Below are positions 1 through 11,511 of a stretch of 56,670 nt of DNA, piece after piece. The notes beneath the pieces were generated by a model. It was not told where the DNA came from and searched no databases. It saw only the letters and a list, made by a program, of their open reading frames with translations. The translations under genes were made by a program, and so were the position numbers. The DNA comes from Chrysochromulina tobinii (Eukaryota), in NCBI GenBank assembly GCA_001275005.1, contig JWZX01003182.1, positions 1 through 56,670 on the forward strand, in the 5' to 3' direction. Positions within the stretch are counted from its first letter, which is position 1. The number at the start of each line of letters is the position of its first letter.

Positions 1-847
1 AGTGCGGGCAACGGAGTGGATCGGCGGTAACGGCCTGCTCGAAGCACAACACGTGTATCTCGAGACCGCAGCACCGAAGACGGCGGGCAGGATGGTCAGT
101 GTCGCAGAGGCATATGATGCACCTCGGGGCGTCATCTCCAAGAGGCCAAGCAAGAGTCGACGGCACCATAGGAGCCACAGCCTCCAGCCAAGGCTCTGAG
201 AGAGGCTGGAGGTCGGGCGGGGATGCCCAGGCAGCAGTTCGGCGACGCCGATCCTCGAGTGCGCGCGCGGACGCCAGATGGCTGGCATACTCAGCAAGTG
301 TCGTAGCGAGATGAGTGAGAGCCAGCTGCTCCTCGAGGTGCACATCGGAAGGATGAAGGCCGGCGATGTAAGCAATGCACTCCTCCTGGAAAGCACGCGG
401 CCAGTGAGCCTGACCATCCATCTCCCGAATAAGGCGCTCGGAGAGCGTATCCAGGTCGTCCTCGTCTACACGGTCCACACGGAGGATGAAATAGAGAGAG
501 CTGCGGAGGAGCTCGACGAGTCGCCCCCAAGTGATACCCACGTCCCCTATCCAAGGCACACCAGCCTCCCGTAGGGTCATCATCCGCTGTGAGAATCCAT
601 ACGCCTCGATATCCTCAGGCGACGGTCTCGGGACCAAGTCGAGCGGGAACAGCCAACCCAGGTCGCCCGCGTCAGCAATGAGAGGGCACAAGAACCACGA
701 GACGGTCTGGCTCGGGTGTACCCCTCGGGGCGCAAACTGAGAGCCGTCGTATGTGTAGGCGCCCCCCCAGAAGGGTACGTCTCGCTCAATCCTCAAGGCG
801 TGACGGAGTCCGCCGCCGCCCCAACCGGTAACATGTCTTTCAAGATG
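1..847 (-). CDS. Partial RING-finger protein (reading frame runs off the left edge of the window)
   Basis: Manual translation of the minus strand gives a stop-free frame from ~847 to position 1 that is absent from the ORF track. It ends CIICLCDTDHPARRLRCCGLEIHVLCFEQAVTADPLRCPH, a RING-type Cys/His spacing. First in-frame ATG is at 583; the true start or upstream exon is unknown. Confidence 0.7.
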
Positions 848-1178
848 TTACCGTAGTGTGTGCTTTATGTGTGAACGTATTGTTCATAAATTGCACCGGT
901 TGACACGACACACGTGGCAACCGGTGCAACGGCACTGTTACTGTACTGCCCGCTCAGAATACACACACCTTACATGACCCCATTCGAGACACGGGGACTT
1001 CGCCACCATCGTGTCCTTGTGCTCTGAAGAATCCCATTCAATTGCACGCGTGAACTCAGCTTCAACCCCAAGTTTGAAGCTTTCTGAATTTGGAAAGTCA
1101 GGCGACACAAAAGTCGCGCCGTGCCCGGTACTCGCCAGCGGTACTCGCGCGAGTTTCCACTGGTTTGGCAAAGAGGAC

Positions 1179-4100
1179 ATGCGGGCGACCTCTATAGCAG
1201 ACGCGCCTGCGGCATGGTCGCTGTGGGTCAATATTCCTCGAACGGAGGAGGTGTTTGAGCTGCAAGTACTTGGCAAGGTTGGTGCCCGCACGGTCTTTGT
1301 CCTGCAGGTGAGCTGCAAGGGAGCTGGATCGGGCACCTCACAGACCTGGCAACTCAAGAAGCGTTACGGCTACTTTGAGCGCGTGCACAAGCTTGTCACC
1401 AAGTGTGCCGAGGCAGGTGGCGTGCGGCCACCTGAGCTGCCTCGGCGAAAGCTGATCTGGCGGCGCGATCCAAAGTATCTGCGCACACTGCGAGAGCAGC
1501 TGCAGCTATACCTCGAGCAGGTCATCGACCTGGTGCAGCGAACCACGGTGGGAAGCCTCGACCTCGCAACCGTGCTGCAGCAGCTCGAACTGCCAATTGC
1601 AAGCGAGTCCGCGACGTGGGAGCAACGCAGTCGCTTCGGAGTGGCCGCTGATGGCAAGTCACTGCCTGTCGAGATGGAAGGCTTCCTTCGAAAGCAAGGT
1701 AGCTCGAAGAGTGACGTCTGGCGAGGATGGAAGGATCGATGGTTCGTGCTAGCTGGCTCCTCACTGCACTACTACATGCAACCGGAGGCTCCGACGACCA
1801 ACGGCGTGATCGAGTTGCGAGGGGCGCGCGTGGAGGAGCATGTACTCGGAGAGGAGGTCTTTGGCATCGTCGTGCACGACACGAGTGGTCGGGTGGTGAT
1901 GCTCGCGGCTACGTCCGCCTCCAATCGCAGCGAGTGGCTCACGGCCCTGTCAGCCGCCACGTCCAAGCCTCCCACGCCGCCGCCCCAGCCCTCAGGCCCA
2001 AGTAACAAGCGTGTTGCCCAACTGGAGGCACAGCGAATGCAGACCAAGCTGGTGGCGTCGAAAAGTGTGGAGATGAGAGATAAGCGCACGCTGGGCGCGG
2101 GAGATCAGGTGGGTGGCGTGCCACGCCTGCAACTGCTTCTTGATGCCCAGGGTGCATGTAGCCAATGGAGGGGCTTCAGCAGCAGCGAGCTCGAGCAGTT
2201 AGTTGAGGCACGGGGCCTTTCGTTACAGCGCTTTGAGCGGGGCGAACTTGTAATGAAGAGGGGCGAGGCTGCCACCTTCTTCGGCGTCGTGTTGCAAGGC
2301 ACCCTCGCGATCGATGTGGGCGACACCAAATTCCTCAAGTACCCCGGGCAACTGGTGGGCGAGATGGCCTTGTTCAATGGCGGGCTACGCTCCGCCGACT
2401 GCTCCGCGACCTCCGATGGCGTCATCGCGACGATGACGTTCCAGCAGCTCGAGGCAATGAAGGCGAGCCCCGAGCTGCGTACTCGCGCCGTCGCCGAGAA
2501 GATCAATCTGCTGATTGCGCGCTGCGCGCTGCACAAGTTCCTCTCCGAGCAGCAGGGCGTGGACGCGGAGTCGGTGAGCCTGGCCGAGGTAGATGAGGAC
2601 GCAGAGCTTGCCGACCTGTTCAAGAAGCAACGGCTTCAGAATTGGTCCCATCCCAAATCTACGTCCCAATTGGAGGCGGAGGCGTTCTTATTTGTGCGCA
2701 CGCAGCAGCAGCAGCAGCCGCTGCCCCCGCCGCCGCAGCAGCAGCAGCAGCCCGCGCGCAGCAGCTGCGACGGCATTTCCATTGCTTTCAGCAAGCAAAG
2801 TTTGGCCTTCCCTCGTGCGGGCTCATCCCTCTCTGGGGTCTCTGGCGATGGCAAGCTGGACGTGCCTGCGGCCCTCGGTATCCCCCGCTCGCTCGACCAC
2901 GGCGACGTGGTGCAGCAAGGCTCGCTGCAGCTGTGCTTCTCCAAGACGAGCAAGATGCCTCCAAGCCACGAGGCCTGGGCCAGGCACTGGTGTGTGCTTA
3001 TCGGGCGCTGTCTGTACCTCTACACGGCCCCCCAGCAGCGTGTGCACACGGGAGTGCTCGCCCTCGCGCCCGAGTCGCAGCTCCGGATGTCGGCACAGCG
3101 CCATGGGCAGGCTGCCGGCGTGTCCTCGTTTCATCTCAAGTGCATCGAGGGCCTGGTCGGACAAATGCACTTCAAGTCGATGCTGCTGTGCGCCGAGTCG
3201 AACGCGGAGACCAAGAAGTGGGCTGCCTGCCTCGTACGACAGCAAAAGAAGCCCTTCGCCCCGGCGCCTTCGTGGCTGGTGCGACAGGCTGCCCTGAGCA
3301 CCCGTAGTAGCGCACGCTCGTCCGTATGCGCGAGCAACGTGAGCATGCCTGCCGAAGAGCTCAACGTCGATCTACCGCACACCTTCGGCCTGCCTGCCGC
3401 CGCGCTGACGTCAAAGGCCTACCGGCGTGCCAGCGAGCGGCTGCTCCAGAGCTTCCAGAACGTGGAGAGCCCGTTCGGCGAGGAGCTCGCGGAGGGCGTC
3501 ACGCTGTGGATGCTCTCGAAGCGCACGCTAACCCGCGTACCCGTTCTGACACACGAGGCGCAACCCTCTGATGCCGCTGTGCTCGCCGTCCAGACTCGGT
3601 TCGCCGGCGGCGGGCATCCGAATGGCGGAAGAAGGGAGCGAGGCAGCAGCGGAGAGCGACGCGATGCTGAGTACGGAGTCGTGCGCGGCGGCGCTGGGTG
3701 CAAGCCGCGGGTCGAGCTGCACGAAGACCGGGCCTACCTGCTCCTTCACGCGGCTCCTGTGGATCACAGTTACGAGGGCGACCAGCTGCGTGTGGAGGTG
3801 CACTATTGGTGTGGGAAACATGCCACGGCCGACGCGCAGGGGGCGGTCGCGATCTTCGCGATCCATTTGCAGCAGCTGCTCGAAGGCGAAGCACGGCTTC
3901 ACCGCGAGGACCAGTGGGAAGAGTCGAACCTCTTCCGCTCGTACTTTGCCAACGACGAGTTCGGCATCATGTACGTTAACTTCGCGGCCGTTGCACCCCC
4001 CAACGAGCGCTGCGACTTCACGTACCGCCGTCACGAGCGCTGCTGCTTGTGGCCGAGGCTGCCTGACCCGCCGACTGTGGTGCTCTACCACGTCAGCTCG

Positions 4101-7100
4101 GCCGATTGCGCACCATCGCGCCTCGACGCGAGCAAGGTGGCGATCTCGGGCCGTCTACTCGACCAGTCTGGCGGTGCCTTCGTGCTCGACGTTGCGGACT
4201 CGACCGACCAGCACGCGGGACGTTGTCAGGAGGGGTACGATGTAGTGGCCGGGACGAAGCGCGTGCGCCAGATCGTGTGGGGCGGCTCGCACCTGATCAA
4301 CAAGCCAGCGGCGGCCGAGCGCATGACGGCGGTCCTCTTTGCGTACAATCTGCACAATCGCGACCACCACGGCAGCTCGCAGATCGCCGTGCTGCCCGAT
4401 GGCACGTACGCGGCAGGGGAGCTCGAGGGTATCCGGCGTGTGCCAGTGGGGGGCGCGGAGCGTGCTCTGTCCTCCGGCGTGATCGCGCTGTATTTCGTCC
4501 GTTTGCGTTTGGCCAATGGCGAGGCACATGGACGAAATGGACGAAATCGCATTGCCGATGGCGAGGCCGGTGGAGAGGGCGCTGCCCCCCCTGAGGCGGA
4601 TGCTGAGGCAGATGCTTGCCTGCCATCCCGAGCGCGTAGTGGAGAGGGCGCTGCCGCCCCTGAGGCGGATGCTTGCCTGCCCTCCCGAGCCCGTAGGGCC
4701 TCGGCGAGTGGACAGGAAGCTTGCGTCGAATCGAGCCGCGAGGACACCCTCGAAGGAGACGACGACGATGGATGCGGTGGGCCTGCGCCGAATGACTCTC
4801 ACTCCGTGCGCCACTGCCAATCGAGCGCTGGCGCTCGCGTCGGTCTCAGCTTCGCCACGTATTCACGCCTGTCACTTGACGCGCAGCGGGCGTATAGGAA
4901 GCTGCGCTTGAGTGCGCCGCCGATGGAGGGCACGAAGGACGTGGCGGAGGAGGACGGTGCCCCCGAGGCCAGCGAGGATGAGGACGTGGCTGCGCCGAAG
5001 GCAGGACTGCACGGCCGCGAGACGGCGCCGAGAGTGCCCATCCCGAAACCGCCTGAGCCGCCTGAGCCACTTGAGCCGCCACTCATCGAACCGCCCAACG
5101 CCCCCACAGCAGGTGGCCCGCCGAAGCCAGCGATGGAGCCCGCAATGGCAACCGCCCGCAGCCCCCTCGAGCCCGACTGCGACGAGGATGGCGAGGCGGA
5201 GGTGGAAGGCGTGGATGAGGTGGAAGGCGCGGCGGAGGTGGAAGGCGCGGCGGACGGCGATGCGTGGGCGCTTGAGCTGACGGCGATGCAGTGTGGGGGC
5301 GGCCGCCCCGACCCAAAAGTTCTCCACTCCACAGCGGTGGTGGTGGTGCACACCGAGGCGCAGATCTTCGTCTGGGCAGGGGCGCACTCTGTCCCGTTCC
5401 AGCGGTGGGCGGGCGCTGAGCTCGGCCGCGCCCTCACGCAGCGCGCCGTGCCGGGCGCCTTCGGGCTTTGCCGTACTGTTGAAGGTGCCGAACCAGCAAT
5501 CTTCACCTCTCTCTTTGCGGCTTGGGAGCCCACCTTCACCGCGCGCCTCGTTTCGTCCGACGGCTTCGCCTCCGCCGCCGCCCCAGCCCTCGGCCTCGGC
5601 TTGCGCTGGAAGGACGTTGGGGAGAACGCCCCGCTGTTCGGGACGGAGTTCGTTCACGCGACGCTCGTGCAAGCGCTCGAGCGGAAGCTCGAGGCATCTC
5701 CAGTCGATTCGGACGCGGTGCGCGCGGCGGGGCTCCAGCTCAAGCTCGAATTCGGGTTCAGCGACTTTGAGCGGCTCAGCGTGCACGGGCTGCGCACCGA
5801 CTCGTACGTGCGCGCCGGCGGAAGGTGCCTGATGCCCGCGACGGCGCTTGCCGAGTGGCCCATGTCTCTGGCCGAGGTGTGCGAGATCTTCCGTCATCCG
5901 CCGCCGCCGAGCGTGCTCAACCTCGAGGGGCTGGGCGCCGATCAGCAGTCGGGGCTGACTGTGTGGCAGATCTCGTCGCAGGAGTCGCCCGACACGGCGC
6001 CCGACGCGGAGCCTGTGCAGCATCTCGAGCCCTTCCACAGCATCTTCCGCTCGGACCGGTGCTACATGGTGCTCCATACGTACCTGCACGCGCTCACCCG
6101 TCGGAAGATGCATGAGCTCTTCTTTTGGGTCGGTAAGCATGCGGACCGCTTCTACTTTATGGTGTGGCGCTTCCAGCTCACTGGCCAGATGGCACAGAAG
6201 GTGAGGCCCCCCCATGCCTCTGAGTGCGACTCCTTGTCACTAATGGTCGCTGACGTTCATTGATTGCCCTCCCTCATCAGGTGATGATCTCCGCCGAGTA
6301 CCTCGTTGAGCAGCATCAGGAGCCGCCGCGCTTCTTTGCCATGTTTCACGCGCAGGCAGCCGCCGCGTTCACGACCGCTGTCGGCGAGACTGATGCAGAC
6401 GCCGCCCTCGACGCTCGCGACCGCGCCCCGCCGCCGAGGTGCTCGGATAGTGCTGCCTACGACGGCGCCCCGCTCGTCTTCCTGGACTGTTCCGACGAGG
6501 CGGCGGCACAGCTGGCGGACCGCTCGGCGAATGGTCTCGGGGGCCTCGACGGCCTCTTCCAATGCAGCGGCTCGTGCGCCATGGACCTTCGCGCGCAGCA
6601 GGTCGCACTGCGCGCCTCGTCGCTTATCCCTTGGAACTCGTTCGTGCTGCAGACGGACGCGTCCCAATTCATCTGGCATGGCAAGGGCGCGAGCCTCGCT
6701 AAGCGTGAGTACGCGCAAGCCCTCGGGCGTGCTGCCGCCGCTGGGCGTGCATGCATCACCATCGACGAGGCGACGGACGCTCCCGAGCGCTGGCCCCAGG
6801 AGTTTTGGCGCGTGCTCCCCGACGGCCCCCACGGACTGCCGCGACTGCGTTTCATCACGCCGCGGCCGACGGCGCCGCGCCTCTTTTCGATCCGAGCCCT
6901 CGGGGGACGATGGCAAGTCGACGAGCTCTACTGCTTTGGGCGCCGCTCGCTGCGGCCCGAGTCGGTGCTCTTGCTCGACGCGTGCAATCAAGCCTTCCTG
7001 TGGTTCGGACCGTCCGCGCGCTTGCCCGATCGCGAGGTCGCGCCGAAGTGGGCGCGCCTCTACCTGCGGGTCGCCGCCGTCGACGGCCGGCCGGTCGATT

Positions 7101-8519
7101 GCGTCCCGACTATCCTTGAGGGTGGGCGGGAGACGCTCGACTTCGCGTGCCACTTCCATGACTGGGGCGCGAGCGGTGCGCTCGCCTTTTGGGACCCGTA
7201 CGAGGCTCGACTGGCTGAGCTAGGCCGCACGCACATGTTTGGGCGCGTGGTTCGCCATGTCTCGCGTCATCCGGCAACGCAGGGCGGGCCGGAGCTGACG
7301 GAGCGCGAGCGACACGGCGACAAGAGAGCCAGTTACAAGGAGGGCGCGTGCTCGATGGTCGGTGTCGCTTCCGACTGGCTGGCCGACGTGACGGCCGGCG
7401 TGCCGGCGCCCGACTCCGACCACGTACAGGAATCCCTCCCAATGCGCGGTCTGACGCTCGTGGTCACGTCGCTGCTGCTCGGCGACGTCAAGAAGCGCGC
7501 ACGCTGCCGGCGGCTCGCGGCCATGCTCACCGAGGCCCAAGTCGAGTTCCACACAGTCGACTTGGCGTTGCCGCAGTTTCGTCAAGCGCGCTACGAGCTC
7601 GCGCGGCTGCTCAAGAGGAGTCACAAGTCCGAGCTCGACATCCTGTCGCTGCCTCTGCTGCTCAAGGACGACGACGTGCTGCTCGTCTCGGACGAGCGCC
7701 CCGAGACACCGACGAGCCGGGGCGGCTGGCCCAAGGTTGACTCTCTCGAGTCGGAGCAGGCGTTGCGCGAGTGGCTTGGGCTAGGGATGGGGCCCTTGTC
7801 GAGCTCCGGCGTGAAGACGAGCTCCGGTGTGAAGACCTCGCGCACGCTCACTGAGCGGCTCGCCCGCGCCACGCTCGGGAAGCTGCCCACGCTCGAAGAG
7901 CTTCGTATCGCCTCGAGGGGCGGTAACGAACGCGCCGAGTCGGGCGCCGTGTCGGGCGCTCTTCTGCCCACGGGCGGCGGCGGCGACGGCGGCCACGGCC
8001 ACGGCGGCGTGCTGCACGAGGGCTATCTCGAAAAGGAAGGTGGGCTGATGAAGAACCGTTGGGAGCGCCGCTTCTTCCTGCTGGCCGCCGACGGCAACGC
8101 TCTACTGGTTCGGTGAAGCTCTCGCGACCCGAAGCGGCGCTTCGGCACACTGCAGCTAAGAAGCGAGGGTGCCACGCTCAAGGCTTCTCGGGGTGAAGCT
8201 TTCCTTTGAGATCCTCACCGCCAAGAAATCGTACGTGCTGCGCACGCAGGATGGGCGCGATCTGGCCGACTGGCTGCGCGCAATCCGCCAAGTGCTCCAC
8301 GGCCGCGACATCGGGCCGCATGCCACCCCGACGAAGAGCAGCGCCGCCGCTGCTGCCGCTGCTCCGTCTCCCGAGGGCGGCTCGCGCAGCCGTGGCTTCG
8401 CGCGCCGCTCTTTGGGCCCTTCGCACCCGAGCCTCAGCAAGCTCCTTACCAACGTGGGCGCTGACGTGGCGGCGGTGCTGGACCTGAGCAAGGCCTCCGG
8501 CGCCCGGCGCCTTTCCTTT

Positions 8520-8556
<37 letters not shown>

Positions 8557-10640
8557 ACGTGTGCGCATCGACAAGGCCGGTGGCACGGCTCAGCATTGAC
8601 GTGGAGAGTGAGGAGGTGGTCGGTTCGAGCAGCGCGACGCGCGCGCGCCTTAGCATGGTGCTCGCGGCCGCGCTGCCATCGAGCTCAGTGCCCTTCGGGC
8701 TGTTGGCGAAGATGACGGCGAAGCGCGGCACCAAGGTGGCGCGTTTCTTCCTCGTCCGCGACTCAGTTCTCCTCTACTACGAGGTGAACACGGCCAGCCG
8801 AGCGCTGTGGGAAAGTCTCATCGAGGAGCATGGCGCCGGCCCGGGCGGCTGGTGCGCGAGGGGCCCATCGAGCGGCGACGGCGCAGATCCGCGCATGGAG
8901 CATGCGCCCACTGTGGCCGCGGACGGCACGGGGGGCGCGTGTGCCATCAAGGGCGACTGGGTCATCAAGTCTCAGGACGTCGTGTGGCGGCCCGGTGAGA
9001 AGCTCTGCGAGATGATCGACCCGAAGCACCCGTCGGGCACGATCCCGCTCGCAGACACGGGCATCGAGCCTCTGAGGGAGGACGAGGGAGGGAGGGAGGG
9101 ATTTGGGCTGCGCGTGCTCTGGTACAATAATCCAGAGCTTGAGGCCGTGAAGATGCTCTGCTCGAGTGCAGCGGAACGGGACGCGTGGATCCATGCGCTC
9201 GTTACGGCGCGTCTCGCCACGTCCCGAAACGTGTACACGAGTGCTCTCGCCACGAAGGAGGCGCAAGAGCTGCGGGACGGCGCGCGGCGCGAGTGTGACA
9301 CGTGGCGGCACCTAGCTGAGGAGCTCCGTGAGGAGGTGCGTGCCAACGAAACGGCCGCTCAACGCGCGCACGCACAGCTCGAGGCGCTGGCCGCGCGCCA
9401 CAAGCGCGACCTCGAGACGCTTGCATCTCGCGACGAGGAGATTGAGCGCATGCGGCGTGAGGCGGCCGAAGCGGCCGAGGCTCGCGACCAACTCTTGGAC
9501 AAGCTGCAGCGTACCGAGGAGCGCGCGTCCAGGCTGATCGATGATCGGGAGGCGCTGCTCGCGGCCAAGCTCAAGGTCGAGACCTCGGCCGACGAGATTG
9601 CGCGCGCCAAGGCGGAGGCGCTCGCCAAGGTGCAGGCCGAGCGATCAAGGGTGAGGGATCTCGAGGCGCAGCTCGCCGCCGCCCACGCGGCCCTCGAGGT
9701 CGAGCGCGCAAAGATGCGAGCAGCCGAAGCATGCGGCGCATCGCTCAGTGCCCAGCTGGCGCGAGCGGAGGAAGCGGCGGCTCTGGAGGCGACCAAGGCG
9801 GTGGCGCTGGCGGAGGCGGCGGAGATTGCATCTCGAAGGGACGATGAGCGCGCGCGCGCGGAGGATACGCAACTGAAATTGGCGCGGGAGGCGCTCGAGG
9901 CCGAGCAGCGTGCACTAGTTGAGCGCAAGAACGCGCGGGCTGCGAAAGAAGACGAGCAGCAGCAGCGGCGGCGGCGGCGGGCGGCGAGCACCGGCGCCGA
10001 AAATGCCCCTCCTTACGCGGCACTCTCTGCAGGGGTAGTGCCGCCGCCGCCGCCGCCGCCCTTGGGAATTCCTAAGCGGCCGGGCACTTCTTTGCTTGAG
10101 CGCTTCTCGGCGGCTGCGCCTACTGCGCCTGCAGCGCGCGAGGCCGACGAGAGCAATCCCACCTCATCCTACCCGCCTGCGCGCGTATCCCTCCTCACCT
10201 CACTCTCTCTGGTGGCCGATGGCATCCGCAACTCCCTCCCAATCTCCTTCCCTCCGCTGGCGAGGGCGGCGGAGGGTGTGGTGGCGAGCGACGCGGCGCT
10301 GCTCCTCCCGCCGTCAGCTCCGCCGCTGGTCGCGCCGCCAACCGGTGCACGTGGAGGAACCTTTGTTGATCGCTTCGGCAAGCCTGTCGAGTTCCAAATC
10401 CGGCCGCCTGCCGCTCCTGCCGACCACGCGGAGGCGTTGCGCGACCAGGTCGAGGCGGAGCAGTCGGCGCTTCGAGATCGTAAGCTGGAGCGGGAGGCAC
10501 GCCAGCTGCGCCGAAGGCTCGAGCTCGCCGAGGCGCAGCAAGAGCCACCACCGCCCCCGACGGACCTGTTCCACCGCTGGCCAGCCGAGGACAACATGCG
10601 AGCGATTTCATCTGAGAGCGGATCCGTAAGGGAATCCTAA
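1179..10640 (+). CDS. Giant multidomain gelsolin/villin-family protein: PX, PH, cNMP-binding, PH, about 6 gelsolin repeats, glutaredoxin/SH3BGR-like, PH, split PH, coiled coil
   Basis: Joins ORFs 1011-6263, 6260-8116 and 8169-10640. PX: WQLKKRYGYFERVH..PPELPRRK. PH: EGFLRKQG..WKDRWFVL. cNMP: GELVMKRGE..GEMALFNGGLRSA. Gelsolin: HYWCGKHAT..EESNLFRSYF, IFVWAG, FFWVGK, FIWHGKGAS, FLWFG..ETLDFACHFHDW. In-frame intron 6201-6280. The junction at ~8100-8210 needs frameshifts. First in-frame ATG is 1179. Confidence 0.8.
4570..4697 (+). repeat. In-frame tandem duplication, ~57-nt unit
   Basis: Two copies of gtggagagggcgctgcc...gaggcggatgct...tgcctgcc.tcccgagc.cgtag, encoding GEGAAxPEADA..CLPSRAR twice. 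Confidence 0.85.
6201..6280 (+). other. Spliceosomal intron, 80 nt, phase 0
   Basis: AAG|gtgagg...cctcatcag|GTG. Removal joins QMAQK to VMISAEY in frame within a gelsolin repeat. Confidence 0.9.
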
Positions 10641-11511
10641 ACGGGCTGAATCCTAAGCGGATCCTGAGGGAATCCGCCTCGAAAGGGGCTGTGCGTCGCA
10701 TCTCGTGCTATGTGCCGGCTCGTTTGGATCGCGCAGGCTGGAGCCGAGCGCAGAACGGGTGCTGAACGGGTGCTCGATAATGGATTGTGGTCCACAGCTG
10801 ATTGTGGTTGCCGTGGAGGGTACGTTACACACTTGTACACTTACAGTCAGTCAGTCACGACGCACCGGTGTGGTGTGCGCGTTGAAGGATGAATCGTTCC
10901 GCACCGCGCTTCCGTTCATGCGATGATCGCTCGATGGAGACACCTATACCGTATACGCCGTGCTTTTCGACTGCGTTTTAAAACATCGGTCCGGAACGGA
11001 TCGTGGACGCGTGCCGTGGTCCGAGACGCGCGAACAGTGACTCCGAGTCACATCACCCGCCGCACCGGCCACCGCAGTGCCGGCAGCTGCGAGAAAGTGC
11101 GATGGAGCGTGGTGGTGCTGGTGGTGCGCACACGATGACGGCGGCCACGCGTCTCTCACGAGTTACGACCTTAGGAAACCGTCTAAACGCACATCATGGG
11201 CGTCCGATGGGCAAGCATGCACGAAAACAGTTCACTTGTCGCACACGCCGCCGCTCACGCCTCCGCAAGCCAGTTACAAAACAACCGTCCATTGTACCGA
11301 CTCCCGTGGCAGGACAGCTTTCCCCCCCGGCACGCGGCAGTGACCAGCAGTGAGCATCGGCGATCGTCGCTGTTTCCGCTCCGCATGGGTCATCATCATC
11401 ATCATTACAGCAGGGCGCTCCTACAATGCACAATCCCGCCATGAGCTCCCATGATCTCGGTCAAGCCGCGCCCTCTCCAGCCGGCCAAAGCGCCATTCCG
11501 CATCGCGCCAG

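Noticed and set aside
1011..1178. GTG/TTG starts in the ORF track (1011, 22699, 25144, 49137, 50149 and others)
   Set aside because: Eukaryotic locus; the first in-frame ATG was used instead.
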